A stretch of DNA of 64,000 nucleotides from Candidatus Bathyarchaeota archaeon (GTDB taxonomy: Archaea > Thermoproteota > Bathyarchaeia > Bathyarchaeales > Bathycorpusculaceae), in assembly GCA_963770935.1 (NCBI GenBank), contig CAVYRJ010000011.1, positions 64,001 to 128,000 on the forward strand, in the 5' to 3' direction. The notes under the pieces were generated by a model. It ran no database searches. It had not been told where the DNA came from and was given only the letters and a program-made list of their open reading frames with translations. A program made the position numbers and the translations under genes. How positions within the stretch are numbered: position 1 is the first letter of the stretch; each line of letters starts with the position of its first letter. Positions 39,056-48,728 of this stretch are shown piece by piece.

Positions 39056-39616
39056 ATGGAAAATCAAAGGCAATGCGTCATTCCGCTTCATAGGCCTAGT
39101 CGAAGGGAGTTTATTTTCTTTTTTGCCTCTGGGATTTTGGTGAGTATTCCTATTGCATCTTTTTTTGAGGGTTTTTATCCAACTGAGTTTTCTGTAGCCT
39201 TATTAATCGTTGTTTTAGCGCCAGTCATAGAAGAGATAGCTAAAGTTTTTCCTTTGTTCTACAGGCACGGTGAAACAGAAAGATCTATTGTAACTTTGGG
39301 TTTACTGATCGGTTTGGGTTTTGGTATTGCAGAGTTTGCTGAATATGTGTTCTTTGTAGGTGTGCCCCCAATTGCAAGAGTACCGGGCATCATTTTTCAT
39401 GCTTCCAGCGCAACCGTAACCGCTTATGGCATTGCCAAAAGGAATCCTTTACCCTACTACTTGGTTGCCGTAACGCTTCATATGGCTAACAACTTTCTTG
39501 CCCTTTTAGGGAACATCATCTTTGGGATTTTTGCTGAAGTGCTGGTTTTAGTCACCATTTACCTTTTAGCTTGGCGCTATTACCGCGCAGCATCAAAAGA
39601 AAAAATGGTGACTTAA
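39056..39616 (+). CDS. PrsW family intramembrane protease
   Basis: APVIEEIAK, GLGFGIAE, FHAS and LHMANN motifs in a multi-TM protein. Confidence 0.85.
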   Translation: MENQRQCVIPLHRPSRREFIFFFASGILVSIPIASFFEGFYPTEFSVALLIVVLAPVIEEIAKVFPLFYRHGETERSIVTLGLLIGLGFGIAEFAEYVFFVGVPPIARVPGIIFHASSATVTAYGIAKRNPLPYYLVAVTLHMANNFLALLGNIIFGIFAEVLVLVTIYLLAWRYYRAASKEKMVT

Positions 39617-40140
39617 CTGACTCGGTCGGTTCTGGTTAAGTCCCTTAGCCTGTTAACCCCATCAATCTCCAAAACGAAGTTCGAAACGCTCTTTGGCACA
39701 AGCTCAGTCCAACTGTCGTCTTTAGCCATTTTTTCACGGACAAAAGTTGAACTGTAGACCTTTCGCTCGAACAACGGTATGTTCTTAACCTCGTAGCCAG
39801 CTTCCATGAAAAGCCTCTTAGTCAACGGCTCATTAGAGAACAGGACGCTGAATTTTGGCGTATAGCCTTCAACCGCGCTGACCCACAACATGTGCAAGTG
39901 AACATCAGGTACAGGAACAATCCACAATTCAGAATAATCCACCCCTGCCTCAAGCAGTGCCTGACGAACCATGACCAGCCTCTCACCTGCCGTAAATGGG
40001 TTGTTGGCGTTGTGGCTGTACTGGGCACTTCCTATGACAATTACTAATTCATCAACCTCTTTTAAGGCGTACTTTATGGCGTCTAAGTGCCCTAAATGGA
40101 ATGGCTGAAATCTTCCAACGTAGAGGCCTCTATAAACCAT
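39613..40140 (-). CDS. nadM: Nicotinamide-nucleotide adenylyltransferase
   Basis: GRFQPFHLGH, IGSAQ, NPFTAGER. Confidence 0.95.
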   Translation of the reverse strand: MVYRGLYVGRFQPFHLGHLDAIKYALKEVDELVIVIGSAQYSHNANNPFTAGERLVMVRQALLEAGVDYSELWIVPVPDVHLHMLWVSAVEGYTPKFSVLFSNEPLTKRLFMEAGYEVKNIPLFERKVYSSTFVREKMAKDDSWTELVPKSVSNFVLEIDGVNRLRDLTRTDRVS

Positions 40141-40197
40141 GGTGGTCACTTGCTTTGAGTGTGGTTCACCCACATTTATCATTTGCGTAACACTATC

Positions 40198-40785
40198 TTA
40201 AGCAAAGTTTCTGAGAACGTTTTCGACTGGGAAAACCATTAGTTGCTCATCATCATCAACTTCAATTTCTTTGGATGAAGAAAACCCTCGTTTTTCCCTG
40301 CATAAAAGCTCCGCCTTAACTTTTAAACCAAACCCATAGCCGCCCAACGTAAAATCAGCTTTAACAACCCTGTGGCAAGGAATGATAGGCGCAAAAGGAT
40401 TAGATGCCATAATGTTTCCGACTGCTCTGGGTCCACCACCGACAGCTTTGGCAATTGCACCATAAGATGTTACGTAGCCAATTGGAATTTTTGAGGTTGT
40501 TTTGAGGACTTTTTTGGTATAGGCTGGCAAATGAGATGTTGCCAAAGATAGATTTCCGTTAACATCTTTTCCTTCATAAACGTTTTTCAAGGTTGCGAGT
40601 GCATTTTTTGCGGAAGCCATCGGCTCATGGAAAACTTGAAAAGCCAAATTGAAAGGTATGTTAAATAGTACTTTTTCAACGGTTGTGTTTTGGTCAATCC
40701 CGAAGGATGTTGCTATGATTTGTTGCTTGCTTGTGGCGATTGCGAACCATGTACCGTCGATGTTTTGGGTGTATATTTCTATCAT
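40198..40785 (-). CDS. ogt: Methylated-DNA--protein-cysteine methyltransferase
   Basis: RAVGN, IIPCHRVV, LGGY. Confidence 0.93.
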   Translation of the reverse strand: MIEIYTQNIDGTWFAIATSKQQIIATSFGIDQNTTVEKVLFNIPFNLAFQVFHEPMASAKNALATLKNVYEGKDVNGNLSLATSHLPAYTKKVLKTTSKIPIGYVTSYGAIAKAVGGGPRAVGNIMASNPFAPIIPCHRVVKADFTLGGYGFGLKVKAELLCREKRGFSSSKEIEVDDDEQLMVFPVENVLRNFA

Positions 40786-40822
40786 TTGGTCTTCCTTTTT
40801 TGTTGAAGGGATTGGGTGTATG

Positions 40823-40993
40823 TTAAAAGTTTCTGCGGTTGAAGCTATTTTTGCTGGAGTAATCCATTAATGTAGTTACTAACTTTACGTTGTCCACGGA
40901 TGGTTTGGCGGCTATGAAGTTTTTGGTTGTAACTGTTACGTAACCGATGGGTTTTCCACATTTTTGGCACTCTAAAGATTTATCTTCGCTCAT
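40823..40993 (-). CDS. 56-aa CxxCG microprotein
   Basis: MSEDKSLECQKCGKPIGYV...; no second CxxC in this frame. Confidence 0.45.
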   Translation of the reverse strand: MSEDKSLECQKCGKPIGYVTVTTKNFIAAKPSVDNVKLVTTLMDYSSKNSFNRRNF

Positions 40994-41074
40994 ACACGCC
41001 ACTACGCTTACTCTATAATGGTTATAAGTAACCTTAATAATTTGTCTTGTGTATATCAAGAAAAGGCGAAAATT

Positions 41075-41773
41075 ATGGAAGGTTATGGACCACAACTACC
41101 TGGATTACCCAATATTCCACAAATCCAGCTTATGCCGCAAGACCAACAGCAAGCTCAAGGCAACCAAGCTCAACAAGGCGGCGGATGGATGCCAGGCGCT
41201 ACCACTGTGGGCGCTGTCTTTAATGATGGAGTAATTTTAGCTTCAGAAAAAAGAGTTACATATGGTAACTTTATTATGAGTAAAGGCGGCAAAAAAGTTT
41301 TCAAAGTAACAGACCAGATCGGTGTAGCATGCGCTGGATTGGTTGGAGATATGCAGATTCTTGCCAAAGAAATGCAAGCGCAAGCCAACCTATTTAGTAT
41401 GGATGTCGGAAGAAAAATCAGCGTGCGTTCAGCATCAAAACTCTTGGCTAACGTACTGTTCAACCGTAGATACTCGCCATTATTCACGCAGACAATCGTC
41501 GGCGGTTTAGATGATGAAGGCGCATCGCTCTATGTGCTTGACGTCTTAGGGTCACTTATTCCTGACAAGTACGCAGTTGTGGGTTCAGGCACAGAAATCG
41601 CAATGGGTGTTCTCGAAGAAGGCTATAAGGAAACCATGACTGCTAACGAAGCAAAAGAGCTTGTTACGCGGTCGATAAAGTCAGCGGTTAGCCGAGATTC
41701 CATGAGCGGTGACGGAATTGACTTCCTTATTATAACTAAGGAAGGCGTTGCTGAAGAATCCATAAAGTTTTAG
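41075..41773 (+). CDS. psmB: Proteasome beta subunit (Thr1 apparently replaced by Ala)
   Basis: Gln-rich propeptide, PGATTVG, ASEKR, AGLVGDMQ, GSG, RDSMSGDG. Confidence 0.93.
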   Translation: MEGYGPQLPGLPNIPQIQLMPQDQQQAQGNQAQQGGGWMPGATTVGAVFNDGVILASEKRVTYGNFIMSKGGKKVFKVTDQIGVACAGLVGDMQILAKEMQAQANLFSMDVGRKISVRSASKLLANVLFNRRYSPLFTQTIVGGLDDEGASLYVLDVLGSLIPDKYAVVGSGTEIAMGVLEEGYKETMTANEAKELVTRSIKSAVSRDSMSGDGIDFLIITKEGVAEESIKF

Positions 41774-41850
41774 CCAACCCTTAATTTTTATTTTTTAGGT
41801 ATAACAGGCAATTCAGCCCTTCGTAGGTTTGTGTTTGAGGAAGGTATGTT

Positions 41851-42480
41851 ATGTCGTTTGAATTAACCCAAGAAGAAGGAGAATTCCTAATCAGCTTAGC
41901 CCGAAACACAGTAAAACAATATTTGGAAACAAGCAAAGCCCCAAAACCGCCCAAAGAAACACCTAAAAAACTCTTCGAGCACTGCGGCGTCTTTGTCACC
42001 ATCAACAGTTTTGGGCAAGGCGAGAAGATGCTTCGCGGTTGCATCGGCTACCCCTACCCTACAAGTCCTTTAGTTGAAGCTGTGATTGACAGCGCTGTTA
42101 ACGCTGCAACGGAGGATCCACGCTTTGAGCCCATGTCCATAGCAGAGTTAGGTCATGTTGTTTTTGAAGTCAGCGTTCTCACACCTCCCGAACCAGTCGA
42201 AGTAGCCAACCCTAAAGAATACGTGAGCAAAATCAAAGTTGGAGAAGACGGCTTAATTATCGAACGTGGATATCACAAGGGTTTGCTTCTGCCCCAGGTC
42301 CCCATGGAGTGGGGTTGGTGTGAAGAAGAGTTTTTATGCCAGTGCTGCATGAAAGCGGGGTTGCCACCAGACAGTTGGCTAACAAAAGAAGCAAAAATCT
42401 ACAAGTTCAAAGCAATAATCTTTGACGAAGAAACACCCAACGGCAAAGTCAAACGTCTAAACCTAACAAATAAGTCTTAA
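41851..42480 (+). CDS. AMMECR1 domain protein (TIGR00296-like)
   Basis: GVFVT, LRGCIG, DPRF, EVSVLT, GLLLPQV. Confidence 0.95.
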   Translation: MSFELTQEEGEFLISLARNTVKQYLETSKAPKPPKETPKKLFEHCGVFVTINSFGQGEKMLRGCIGYPYPTSPLVEAVIDSAVNAATEDPRFEPMSIAELGHVVFEVSVLTPPEPVEVANPKEYVSKIKVGEDGLIIERGYHKGLLLPQVPMEWGWCEEEFLCQCCMKAGLPPDSWLTKEAKIYKFKAIIFDEETPNGKVKRLNLTNKS

Positions 42481-43616
42481 TCTAACAGGGTTTCAACGAT
42501 TGAAACTGCTCGATCTAAACCCTTAAACTTGTTAGAGAACTCGCTTAAAACCGTCATATTTTTGTCGTAGGTTTCTTTTTCGATCTGCATTTTTTCGATT
42601 GCTTTTTTGAGTTGTTTTTTGTTCTTTGCTGTTATGGAGCAGTTTAGGTCTTGTAGTTTAGCTGCGTTGCCTAGCTGTTCGGGCTGGGTTGGGATGCAGA
42701 TGCTTGGTTTAGCATACTTGATGGTTTCAAAGCATGTTGCGTGTCCGCCGCTAAAAATCACAAATTTAGCATTTTTCATGGCTTCTTGTCGTTCTTCGTG
42801 CGAGAGCCATGTGTGGAGTTCGCAGTTGCCGATTTTCGTTGAAGCCTTCTTTCCTGGGGTGCCCAGACTTATAACGCATTTGGTTTTAAGTTTTCCAAGC
42901 ACAGGGAGAAGGGTTTTCAGAAGTTTTGCTCTTGTTCCCGTGGGTCCGCTGATTGGAGCAAAAATATGATCTTGGGAGCCCCTAACAGGTGCTGTGTCGA
43001 CGAAAGCTCCCACATACTCAGCGCTTCCGTTTAATCCTACATTCTCCAAGTTACCGATGTTATATTCGGAAACCGTATAGGGCGGTGGGTTGTCAGGGAT
43101 TATGATTTTTGAGCAATTCTTTACGTACCGTTCAACCACGCGTTCTCCCGGACTGAGAAGAGCCGAGAAACCGTAGCTTGGTCTAATCATGTTGGCGATG
43201 TATACTGAGGGAATTTTCCATCTTTGGGCAAGGCGAAGAGCGTTTATGTCGCCGTCAGCAATAAGGATGTCTGGCGCAATGTCATGGAGGTTTTCTCTTA
43301 AGTCATAGTAGCGGTGGATGGTTTCCATGGCATTGGAGGTCTTGAGTTCAAACTTTTTTTGCTCCATGTTAAAGAGTGGAAGTGGAACTAGGAGGTTGAG
43401 AAGTGATGCCGACGTGTTTATGCCGTGAGCATTTTCATACCAGGCAACTGGTGTGCACTCGTAAACATGACTGAACTCTTTTTGGAGCATCTCATAGGCT
43501 TTTTTACCTGAAAAAAAGAACAGTTCGTGACCGTTTTTCTCCAGCCGTTTCCCTAATGGAATAATTCGTGAAACGTGTCCTAATCCGAGTTCGGAGCAGC
43601 TGAGTAACAGTCGCAT
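42477..43616 (-). CDS. GT-B glycosyltransferase (MJ1255/GT28-like)
   Basis: GLGHVSR, SGGHAT, IPTQPEQ. Confidence 0.85.
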   Translation of the reverse strand: MRLLLSCSELGLGHVSRIIPLGKRLEKNGHELFFFSGKKAYEMLQKEFSHVYECTPVAWYENAHGINTSASLLNLLVPLPLFNMEQKKFELKTSNAMETIHRYYDLRENLHDIAPDILIADGDINALRLAQRWKIPSVYIANMIRPSYGFSALLSPGERVVERYVKNCSKIIIPDNPPPYTVSEYNIGNLENVGLNGSAEYVGAFVDTAPVRGSQDHIFAPISGPTGTRAKLLKTLLPVLGKLKTKCVISLGTPGKKASTKIGNCELHTWLSHEERQEAMKNAKFVIFSGGHATCFETIKYAKPSICIPTQPEQLGNAAKLQDLNCSITAKNKKQLKKAIEKMQIEKETYDKNMTVLSEFSNKFKGLDRAVSIVETLLD

Positions 43617-43709
43617 ATAGCATCAGTTAAGTGCAAGATTATATTTGAACTATCCCTTAATGGAGAAAAAAAGCAAGCATTTTAAGTTCAAAGCACCAAC
43701 ACTACAAGT

Positions 43710-44564
43710 ATGTTCATTCCAAGAAACCTATTAGAGGATAAACTTAGGCAAATCCTCGCCGACGACATCGGACAGGGCGATGTGACAGCGGCAGCAGTTA
43801 TTCCCTCAAATTTAATTGTCAAAGCAGAGCTTATTGCTAAAGAAGAGGGTGTAGTGGCTGGAATTGAAGAAGCAACTTTTTTTGCCGAAACCTTAGGGCT
43901 CAGCGTTAAAGCCAAGGTTTCTGACGGAGAAAAAATAAAAAACAAACAAGTCCTACTGCAGATTTCAGGTGATGCCCAAACAATCCTTTCAGTTGAGAGA
44001 ACAATGCTTAATCTTCTTTCGCGAATGAGCGGCATAGCAACCAAAACGCGAACGCTAACAGAGAGACTTGAGACGGCAAAGGTGAAAGCGAAAATTGCTG
44101 CAACACGCAAATCCGCCCCTGGACTGCTTTACTTCGACAAAAAAGCCGTAGTCATTGGAAGCGGTGACCCACATAGGCTGCATCTGGATGATATGATTCT
44201 GATTAAGGATAATCACCTTGTTATTGTTGGAAGCGTTGAGGAAGCCGTTAGAAAAGCTAAGGCTAATGCCTCTTTCACCAAAAAAATCGAGGTTGAAGTA
44301 ACTAATGTTGAGGATGCCTTGAAGGCAGCAAAAGTTGGAGCTGATATCGTTATGTTTGATAATTTTTCTCCAAAACAAGCCAAAGAAGCAAGCCAAGCGC
44401 TTAAGAAAGCGGGGTTTGGTAGCGTATTGCTTGAAGTTAGCGGCGGAATAATAGGCGATAACCTTTTGCAGTATGCGAAGGCAAATGTTGACATTATAAG
44501 TATGGGGGAAATAACTAACAGCGTAAAAGCGTTAGATATCAGTTTGGAAATATTGAAAAATTAA
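43710..44564 (+). CDS. nadC: Quinolinate phosphoribosyltransferase
   Basis: GDVT, ATRK, HRLHLDD, IKDNH, EVEV, MFDN, EVSGGI. Confidence 0.96.
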   Translation: MFIPRNLLEDKLRQILADDIGQGDVTAAAVIPSNLIVKAELIAKEEGVVAGIEEATFFAETLGLSVKAKVSDGEKIKNKQVLLQISGDAQTILSVERTMLNLLSRMSGIATKTRTLTERLETAKVKAKIAATRKSAPGLLYFDKKAVVIGSGDPHRLHLDDMILIKDNHLVIVGSVEEAVRKAKANASFTKKIEVEVTNVEDALKAAKVGADIVMFDNFSPKQAKEASQALKKAGFGSVLLEVSGGIIGDNLLQYAKANVDIISMGEITNSVKALDISLEILKN

Positions 44565-44580
44565 AAAGAAAGGGTGCTTT

Positions 44581-45165
44581 TTAGCCGAGAGCCGTTATTA
44601 CCCATGTTTCCACCAATGATGCAATAATAAGAAAGGCAGCAACGATTCCGATTAATATTGCAGTGTTTTTGAGTTCTCTCCATCGGCGTTGGGTTAATCT
44701 GCGAAACAGCCATATGCTTTCTGAGATACCGATAGAGTAGGAGACATATTCTAACAAAAACGTTAATCCTATACCAATTAATCCCAAGATTGCTGTGGTT
44801 AGTGAAATGTTGGGTACCGCTGCTGAAGCGGCAGTGACGCTTTGTAATCTGAGGGTGGCTCCTAAAGCGATACCAGTGTTTAGCATTACGAATAAGCCAA
44901 ATACGGCACCTGCAAGAGGAATAAACATCGCAAGGCAAAGCAGAAAGTTGTTTAAGAAAATATGCTGGATTAACGTGCCATTGGCGGTGTTATTAGTAAC
45001 CGTTTGGTTTAGGGTATCATTTATCAGTCTAGCGTATTCATCGCTTATTGGCACTAATGTACCTATTAATGTAGTCGCAATTGCGAGGATAAGCATGAAG
45101 ATTACTGAGTAGATTCTCTTGCGTTTAGGTGAAGCTTCTTTCCAGAACGAAAATGGAATATTCAT
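44581..45165 (-). CDS. SpoIIM/DUF95 family membrane protein
   Basis: IFLNN, NTG, LE and IASLVE motifs; multi-TM. Confidence 0.8.
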   Translation of the reverse strand: MNIPFSFWKEASPKRKRIYSVIFMLILAIATTLIGTLVPISDEYARLINDTLNQTVTNNTANGTLIQHIFLNNFLLCLAMFIPLAGAVFGLFVMLNTGIALGATLRLQSVTAASAAVPNISLTTAILGLIGIGLTFLLEYVSYSIGISESIWLFRRLTQRRWRELKNTAILIGIVAAFLIIASLVETWVITALG

Positions 45166-45177
45166 GTAGTTAACCTT

Positions 45178-45870
45178 CTATTTTTGCGGTTTAATTTTTA
45201 AAGCTCTGAATCCTCTTGCAATGGGATTTAACGTTTCAGACAATTTAACCTTTGTTAATACTCCTTGCGTATCCACGCTGAATCCGCGTACGTCATGCTC
45301 GTTTGCGATAAGCGAATGAAGATACACCCCGTTACCCAGGAATCTGGGTTGGCACATCAGCGGCAACCCCAACAAAACATTCTCTTTCTCATCCATTGCT
45401 TTTTGGGCAGCAAACAGAATCGCTTCTGCCCCAGCAGTCAACTCAGCTATCCGTACAGCCACGCTTTCTTTGCCAATAGCCAACATGTCTATGCCATGAA
45501 GCCGCTTGATTTCACAGGCGATTTTTCTGAGCTTTGGCAGAATCTTGAGAATGTTCTGTCTTCCTTTACTTGATGCTCGAAGGTTCATGAGCTCAACAGG
45601 TGATAGCTCTTCGACTGAAACTCCTCCAAGCGACATATCCAAATGCACAACATCAGCCTTCATTTTATCGAGTAAGCTTCTGCAGAGCTCAGCTTCATGC
45701 ACAATCACATCAAATCCAGTTTCAACTTCTCTAAAAATCGGTTCAGCTAACCGAAATGATGGTTCCCTATAGGGTGGTTCAACCAATACCGAAACAGAAG
45801 CAACATGGCAGACGGGGTTAAACTGATCGTCTAGTGTAGCTGCCGCAGAATCTGCTGAAATAATTTTCAA
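45178..45870 (-). CDS. Hypothetical protein, DUF4152-like (possible RNase H-like fold)
   Basis: IISADS, LVEPPY, HEAELC, VVHLD, GKESVAVRIAEL. Confidence 0.65.
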   Translation of the reverse strand: MKIISADSAAATLDDQFNPVCHVASVSVLVEPPYREPSFRLAEPIFREVETGFDVIVHEAELCRSLLDKMKADVVHLDMSLGGVSVEELSPVELMNLRASSKGRQNILKILPKLRKIACEIKRLHGIDMLAIGKESVAVRIAELTAGAEAILFAAQKAMDEKENVLLGLPLMCQPRFLGNGVYLHSLIANEHDVRGFSVDTQGVLTKVKLSETLNPIARGFRALKIKPQK

Positions 45871-45908
45871 ATTTTACACCTAACAATATAGTGAGATTTG
45901 AGCAGAAA

Positions 45909-46541
45909 TTAATTTTCCCCTTCACATTCACGAGCCGTCTTTAAGCCCAAAGCTAAAAGGTACATTTCACTGCTTTGTTGGCGGCTTGCCTGAGGTTTCA
46001 CCAACTTGACCTCCTCAAAGAGCGTTTTTATATTTAACAGGAAGTCATTGAGTAGGTCACCTTCGAAGACTTTGACAAAAAAGTTCCCGTTTGGTCTTAG
46101 CACACATTGGGCGATTTCGAGGGCTTGGGTGGCTAAGTCAATTTGTCTTGCGTGGTCAACTTCCCATACACCCGTGATGTTTGGGGCAGCATCACAGAGA
46201 ACTACGTCTGCTTTTCGCGGAATAAACGAGATGATTTGATCAACAATTCCTGGCTCAGTGAAGTCGGCGATAATTGTTCGGATGTATTCCTGAGTGAAAG
46301 GTTCAATTGCCTTTAAGTCAATACCTAAAACGAAGCCATGTTTGCCCGTCATTTTTCTTGCTGCTTGAATCCAGCCACCGGGAGCCGCGCCTAAATCAAC
46401 AACTACATCGCGTAATTTAATGAAGCCATATTTCTCGTTAGCTTGAACCAGCTTGTATATGGATCGGCTGCGATAGTTTTCTTCTTTAGCTTTTTTATAA
46501 TAATATTCGTTTTTTCTTTCACGTATCCAAGCTTTCGGCAA
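45909..46541 (-). CDS. rlmE: 23S rRNA 2'-O-methyltransferase RlmE/FtsJ
   Basis: YRSRSIYKL, DLGAAPGGW, DAAPNITG, KP-ASR-SSEMY. Confidence 0.95.
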   Translation of the reverse strand: MPKAWIRERKNEYYYKKAKEENYRSRSIYKLVQANEKYGFIKLRDVVVDLGAAPGGWIQAARKMTGKHGFVLGIDLKAIEPFTQEYIRTIIADFTEPGIVDQIISFIPRKADVVLCDAAPNITGVWEVDHARQIDLATQALEIAQCVLRPNGNFFVKVFEGDLLNDFLLNIKTLFEEVKLVKPQASRQQSSEMYLLALGLKTARECEGEN

Positions 46542-46959
46542 CGGAATCATCCTCGGGCATGCTGGGTTCTGATACGTCTGCGCTTGGACCTTCAGGAGTA
46601 ACTGGAGCTTCTTTTCCCAAGTTAAGTATCCAATCGGTTAGTTTTGGGCAACTTTTCGGTGAAAGAGCAGTTGTTGGGTCGCATCTTGCGTTGTCTGGGC
46701 AAAGAAGGCATGGGCAGTCTACGATGGTTTCTATTGATGCAGGCAACCTTTTAGGGTAGAGCCTGTATGTCCATCTGCCTTCTTGGAGTTCTTTTTCCCT
46801 GCGGATAAGTCCTTTCTCTTCAAGTTTGATTGAGACGCGTGAGCCTTCGCGGCTGCTTGCGCCGAGTTCACGCCATAAATCTGATTGAAGAACACCCTGA
46901 TAGCCTGTACCGACGACGTAGTGGAGTGCTTTCTGTTCAAGGTCATTGCGTTTAGGCAT
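46519..46959 (-). CDS. TFE beta subunit / RPC34-like wHTH-FeS protein
   Basis: GVLQSDLW wHTH plus the Cys cluster CPCLLCPDNARC...SPKSCPKLTDW. Confidence 0.78.
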   Translation of the reverse strand: MPKRNDLEQKALHYVVGTGYQGVLQSDLWRELGASSREGSRVSIKLEEKGLIRREKELQEGRWTYRLYPKRLPASIETIVDCPCLLCPDNARCDPTTALSPKSCPKLTDWILNLGKEAPVTPEGPSADVSEPSMPEDDSVAESLDT

Positions 46960-47028
46960 TTAGATCAGTTCCAAATAATACAGTAATATAAGCGTTGGAT
47001 TCACATAAAAATATGTATCCCCAGTTAA

Positions 47029-48069
47029 ATGTGGAATGACATGAAAAAGGCAAAGAAAACTGATTTGGGCAATTACTGCTTGGGCATCGAATCCTCAGCT
47101 GACGACTTCGGAGTTGGCATAGCCACGTTTGGCGGTGAAATCTTAGCTAACAAATCCGACGGATATATCCCAGCGGAAGGCGGAATCCACCCTAGAGAGG
47201 CAGCAAGGCACCATGCGGAAGTAGCCGATAAGGTGCTTAAGGAGGCTTTTTCAAAAGCCGGCGTAAAACCCGACGAATTAACGGTTATCGCGTTTTCTCA
47301 GGGACCAGGCTTAGGACCATCGTTGCGTACGGGAGCAACCGTCGCGCGAGCTTTGGCATCGTACCTTAAGGTTCCACTCGTAGGTGTCAACCATTCGGTA
47401 GCCCACATAGAAATCGGAAAACTTAAAACAGGCGCTCAAGACCCCGTGACGCTCTACGCTTCAGGAGGCAACACAATGGTTACCGCCTTCGAATCGGGAC
47501 GCTACCGCGTGTTCGGCGAAACCTTAGATATTGCGCTTGGCAACTGTTTGGACGTTTTTGCTCGGGAAGCAGGGCTTAAGCACAAGAAGGGTTTGCCGCT
47601 TGGCGCATCCGTTGAGCAGTTGGCGGCTAAAGGTGAAAAGCTGGTTTCTTTGCCGTATGTGGTCAAGGGCATGGATTTGTCGCTTAGCGGCTTGTTAACA
47701 GCGGCAACAACTGTGCTACAGAAGGGTGATTGCAGGCTGGAGGATTTGTGTTACAGTCTCCAAGAACACGCCTTCTCAATGGTTACTGAAGTTACTGAAC
47801 GGGCGTTGGCACATACCGAAAAAAAGGAGGTCTTGCTGACTGGAGGAGTGGCGGCAAACAAACGTCTACAATCAATGCTTGCCATAATCGCTGAGGAGCA
47901 TGATGCCCGCTTCAATGTGGTTCCGCTGGAGTTTGCTACTGACAACGGCGCCATGATTGCATGGACAGGAACCTTAGCCTATCGGCATGGGTTAGTTACG
48001 CCTGTTGATGAGAGTTTTGTGAAGTTACGTTGGAGAGTCGACAAGGTGGATGTGCCATGGATACAATAG
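47029..48069 (+). CDS. kae1: KEOPS Kae1 t6A transferase
   Basis: LGIES, GGIHP, GPGLGP, HSVAHIE, GETLDI, GGVAAN, DNGAMIA. Confidence 0.96.
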   Translation: MWNDMKKAKKTDLGNYCLGIESSADDFGVGIATFGGEILANKSDGYIPAEGGIHPREAARHHAEVADKVLKEAFSKAGVKPDELTVIAFSQGPGLGPSLRTGATVARALASYLKVPLVGVNHSVAHIEIGKLKTGAQDPVTLYASGGNTMVTAFESGRYRVFGETLDIALGNCLDVFAREAGLKHKKGLPLGASVEQLAAKGEKLVSLPYVVKGMDLSLSGLLTAATTVLQKGDCRLEDLCYSLQEHAFSMVTEVTERALAHTEKKEVLLTGGVAANKRLQSMLAIIAEEHDARFNVVPLEFATDNGAMIAWTGTLAYRHGLVTPVDESFVKLRWRVDKVDVPWIQ

Positions 48070-48728
48070 ATAAAGTAGACACGGCAAAGCTGCTTAAGAA
48101 AGGCGCCGAAGCCAGCCTTTTCCTTGCTGGATTGGCATGAACGAAAAGTAATCGTTAAAGTCCGAATTCCAAAAAGGTACCGCCCGCCAGCACTGGATGA
48201 GCGGATTCGAAGTTACCGCACGGTGCATGAGCCTCAGTTGATGCATGAAGCCAAAGCCGCTGGGGTGCCGACGCCGCTGATTTACATGGTAAACGTACCA
48301 CGAATCCTCAATTATCATGGAGTACATTGAAGGGCAGCAAGTAAAACAGGTTCTAAACAGGGTTTCCAAAGCGGAGCGCCATGACTTATGCGTTAAAATC
48401 GGCGAATCCATCGCAAGACTCCACAGACATGGCTTAATCCATGGCGACCTAACGACCTCCAACATGATACTAAGTCCCAAAGGAGAAGTTTTCTTTGTCG
48501 ACTTTGGTTTAGGCGAAAAAAACATCGAACTCGAAGCGCAAGGCGTGGATTTGCATTTGCTCAAGCGTGCATTGCAGAGTACGCACTTCCAGCATTGGGA
48601 AGAATGCTTCCAAAACGTGCTTGTGCGGCTACACATCCATTTTAGGCGTGCAAGTGGCGGAAAAGGTTTATGAGAAAATCAGGGAAATAGAGAGGCGTGG
48701 GCGCTATGTTGAAGAACGCAAACAATGA
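48057..48728 (+). CDS. bud32: KEOPS kinase Bud32 (about three frameshifts)
   Basis: KKGAEA / RIPKRYR...RTVHE / MEYIEG...HGDLTTSN...DFGL / IREIERRGRY read across frames. Confidence 0.9.
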
